A DNA stretch of 64,000 nucleotides from positions 124,001 to 188,000 of the forward strand of contig JBLDXI010000007.1 in assembly GCA_047495785.1 (NCBI GenBank). Direction: 5' to 3'. The position numbers and the translations under genes are program-made. The notes beneath the pieces were generated by a model that saw only the letters and a list, made by a program, of their open reading frames with translations, did not search any database and was not told the origin of the DNA. Position 1 is the stretch's first letter. The number at the start of each line of letters is the position of its first letter. This stretch comes from Lepidodermella squamata. Lineage: Eukaryota; Animalia; Gastrotricha. Positions 62,181 to 64,000 of the stretch are shown one piece after another.

Positions 62181-63399
62181 TTTCGAGATAGAAACGCAAG
62201 TATCTGTAACAAGCGGAAAGTAACAAGCTTTGACGTAGAGTGCCTGATGAATATTATAGCATCGTACAGCTTTTACCATTCTCATCAAAAAATATTTGAT
62301 AACTTTAAAAACAAAAATATCTTCCCATGAGGTTGTTGTACGTTTTCGAAAACAATCGGCAGCCTGTTACAAAAAATCGACAGCGAAAATTAATTACAAT
62401 GTATGTAGGTAGTTGAAATTGACATTTTATAATTGATGAATGCACTTTGCACGTAGTACAGTCATTATTAATTATGCATCGGTCTGGAATTAAGAGCAGC
62501 TACGGCCAAGGACGCCCTGGAAATGGCTGCGAATCGGCAAGGGAGTTCGTATGGAAACACCCACTTTTTTGAAAGCTCGGAATTAAAATTGTTCAGGAGA
62601 GCTTGAGCTTGGAATGCTTCAATTCGCTGCAGATCGGTAATGGTCATTTGATAAAAATCTGGTTGTCGGCTTAGCTTTTCGACCTTGTCTCTTTCGGTGA
62701 TATTTTGCGGCTGAGACTAGCCGAAACAAAGCGCATTCCCAAGATAAACTGGAGCCCTAGATAGTCTACAAAGGCTGTATTAGCGGGTTACAGTATCAGC
62801 AGGACTCAGGCTTCAGGAAACGGCAGCTATGTATCGGAACGAACCCTAACTCAAAACGTGAGAGTAGAGGCTTCAGGATCAACTCACTAAAAGTGATCTT
62901 TGAGTTCCGTTAGCAAAAATATGGGACCTAAAGACTGGCTGCATCAATGCCGGGATTACTCACAAGGTCGATTTATGGGTTTCGAAGAGCACCAAATGCC
63001 TCGCTTCTGGGACTGCCCAGAAAGAGGTCTCCCGGAGTCTCGACGGCTCAATAATTGCAGTTCCAGGACCGCCAAGCTTACTAATAGTTAGCTTTTACCA
63101 AACTTACCTGCAGGTTGTACCTGTGGGGTATAGTTCTTCGAATACGAACGCAGCTTCTGATCTCTTCCCAAACTTTCCTATTCTTTTCCTTTCGCTCACT
63201 CTATGCCATTTTTATTCATTTTTATTCATTCTTTTATTCATTTTTATTCCAAACATTATTGCGAAGATTGCACTGATGCGGTCGTCGAAGCTATGGTTAA
63301 TAAATTACGATAGGTATTATTTGTGCTTATTTATTCTTGTTGCGATAGAAATAGCAAGAAAGTTGTCGAATAGTAAAGGCGGAAATGCGACAGTTTTTC

Positions 63400-64000
63400 T
63401 CATTTTGGGTCTCGGGCGCGCAAGTTACGGCAGTAGATGTCGCAGTAATTATTTTCAGATGGAAACCATGGCTGATGAACAAGACCGTCGCAGACATAAG
63501 TCTGTTTACACGTTTGATCCTGAGGGTTGTATTGAAATTGCACGTTTTGTATCGACGTGCATTTCGGGTCACTTTTCAGCTCGACGATACATCGCGTTTT
63601 CTTGTTGGGATCCAAAGATGGCGGGTTCACGATTCCCCAGTTAGGCGGCGGTGTTTCTAGAATGACGAGCCATTGAGTTATTGAATCAAAACTATTTCCA
63701 TCATACCTTGCTGAGCCGGTTGAGTCAAGAGCCACCACAAATTCGAAGGAGCAGGTGTTGTCGTACGAGTTGTATACCAAGGCAATGTCTGTGGAGTTTG
63801 ATACATCCAGGCCGGATACGTTTGACTGGGCGCCCTTGTAGTAGAAAGTGGAACTATCGGGAAAAATGTTTGGTAAGTCCATGCTGGAGCCGGAGTTGTA
63901 GTCGGCCTAGTTGTAAACCACCATTCGAATGGATAGGCAGTTGGCGGCGGTGGCGGTTGAGTCGTAGGTTTAGGAGTGGCTGTTGTAGAGAAAAGCCACT
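63400..64000 (-). CDS. 3' end of a Thr/Pro/Trp-rich mucin-like protein with a C-terminal divergent Kunitz domain. Exons >64000-63707, 63656-63400
   Basis: The true upstream frame reads WLFSTTATPKPTTQPPPPPTAYPFEWWFTTRPTTTPAP...; 50-nt GT-AG intron; last exon has C-x9-C-x16-C-x5-C-x15-C-x3-C with FQYNP...C. Confidence 0.7.

Noticed and set aside
62450-63170. Short ORFs and a strong minus-strand donor (CAG|GTAAGT at about 63107) between the channel and Kunitz genes
   Set aside because: No coherent reading frame or homology; may be 5' UTR exons of the channel gene or a decayed element.
63657-63882. N-terminal half of the 160-aa ORF (MDLPNIFPD...)
   Set aside because: Wrong frame plus intron read-through; the Thr/Pro-rich frame splices in phase to the Kunitz exon.

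Overview
Gene-dense eukaryotic (invertebrate animal) genomic DNA. Introns are mostly short (about 48-62 nt, GT-AG). Many start codons sit just downstream of a U-rich AG acceptor, and several same-strand genes are only about 100-290 nt apart. The motile-cilium gene NME5 is present; the exact taxon cannot be fixed from this window. Gene order: EF1A (partial, -), ITPK1, xylosyltransferase with WSC domain, IER-family gene, NME5 (-), RPL27A-NDUFA6-ASPSCR1, TOP1 (-), NTAN1-XYLB-ANK/SOCS-ANK/SOCS-XYLB-CYP4-CYP4, an intronless glycosyltransferase-like gene (-), a secreted peptide (-), an unknown gene, a histone quartet (H2A/H2B, H4/H3), a three-exon secreted micro-protein missed by the ORF track (-), a CARD-NB-ARC-ankyrin gene, a peptide GPCR, a divergent Cys-loop channel (-) and the 3' end of a mucin-Kunitz gene (-). 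Several MITEs are also present. Most notable is the histone 3' end. All four genes share an identical 41-nt block: the canonical stem-loop plus a non-purine-rich, palindromic 22-nt downstream element. Each gene also has a sequence-unrelated upstream hairpin associated with CAUC. Other highlights: a cluster H2A ending in SQSQ, an Apaf-1-like STAND protein with degenerate NTPase motifs and ankyrin repeats, and a TOP1 whose long disordered tail is C-terminal rather than N-terminal.
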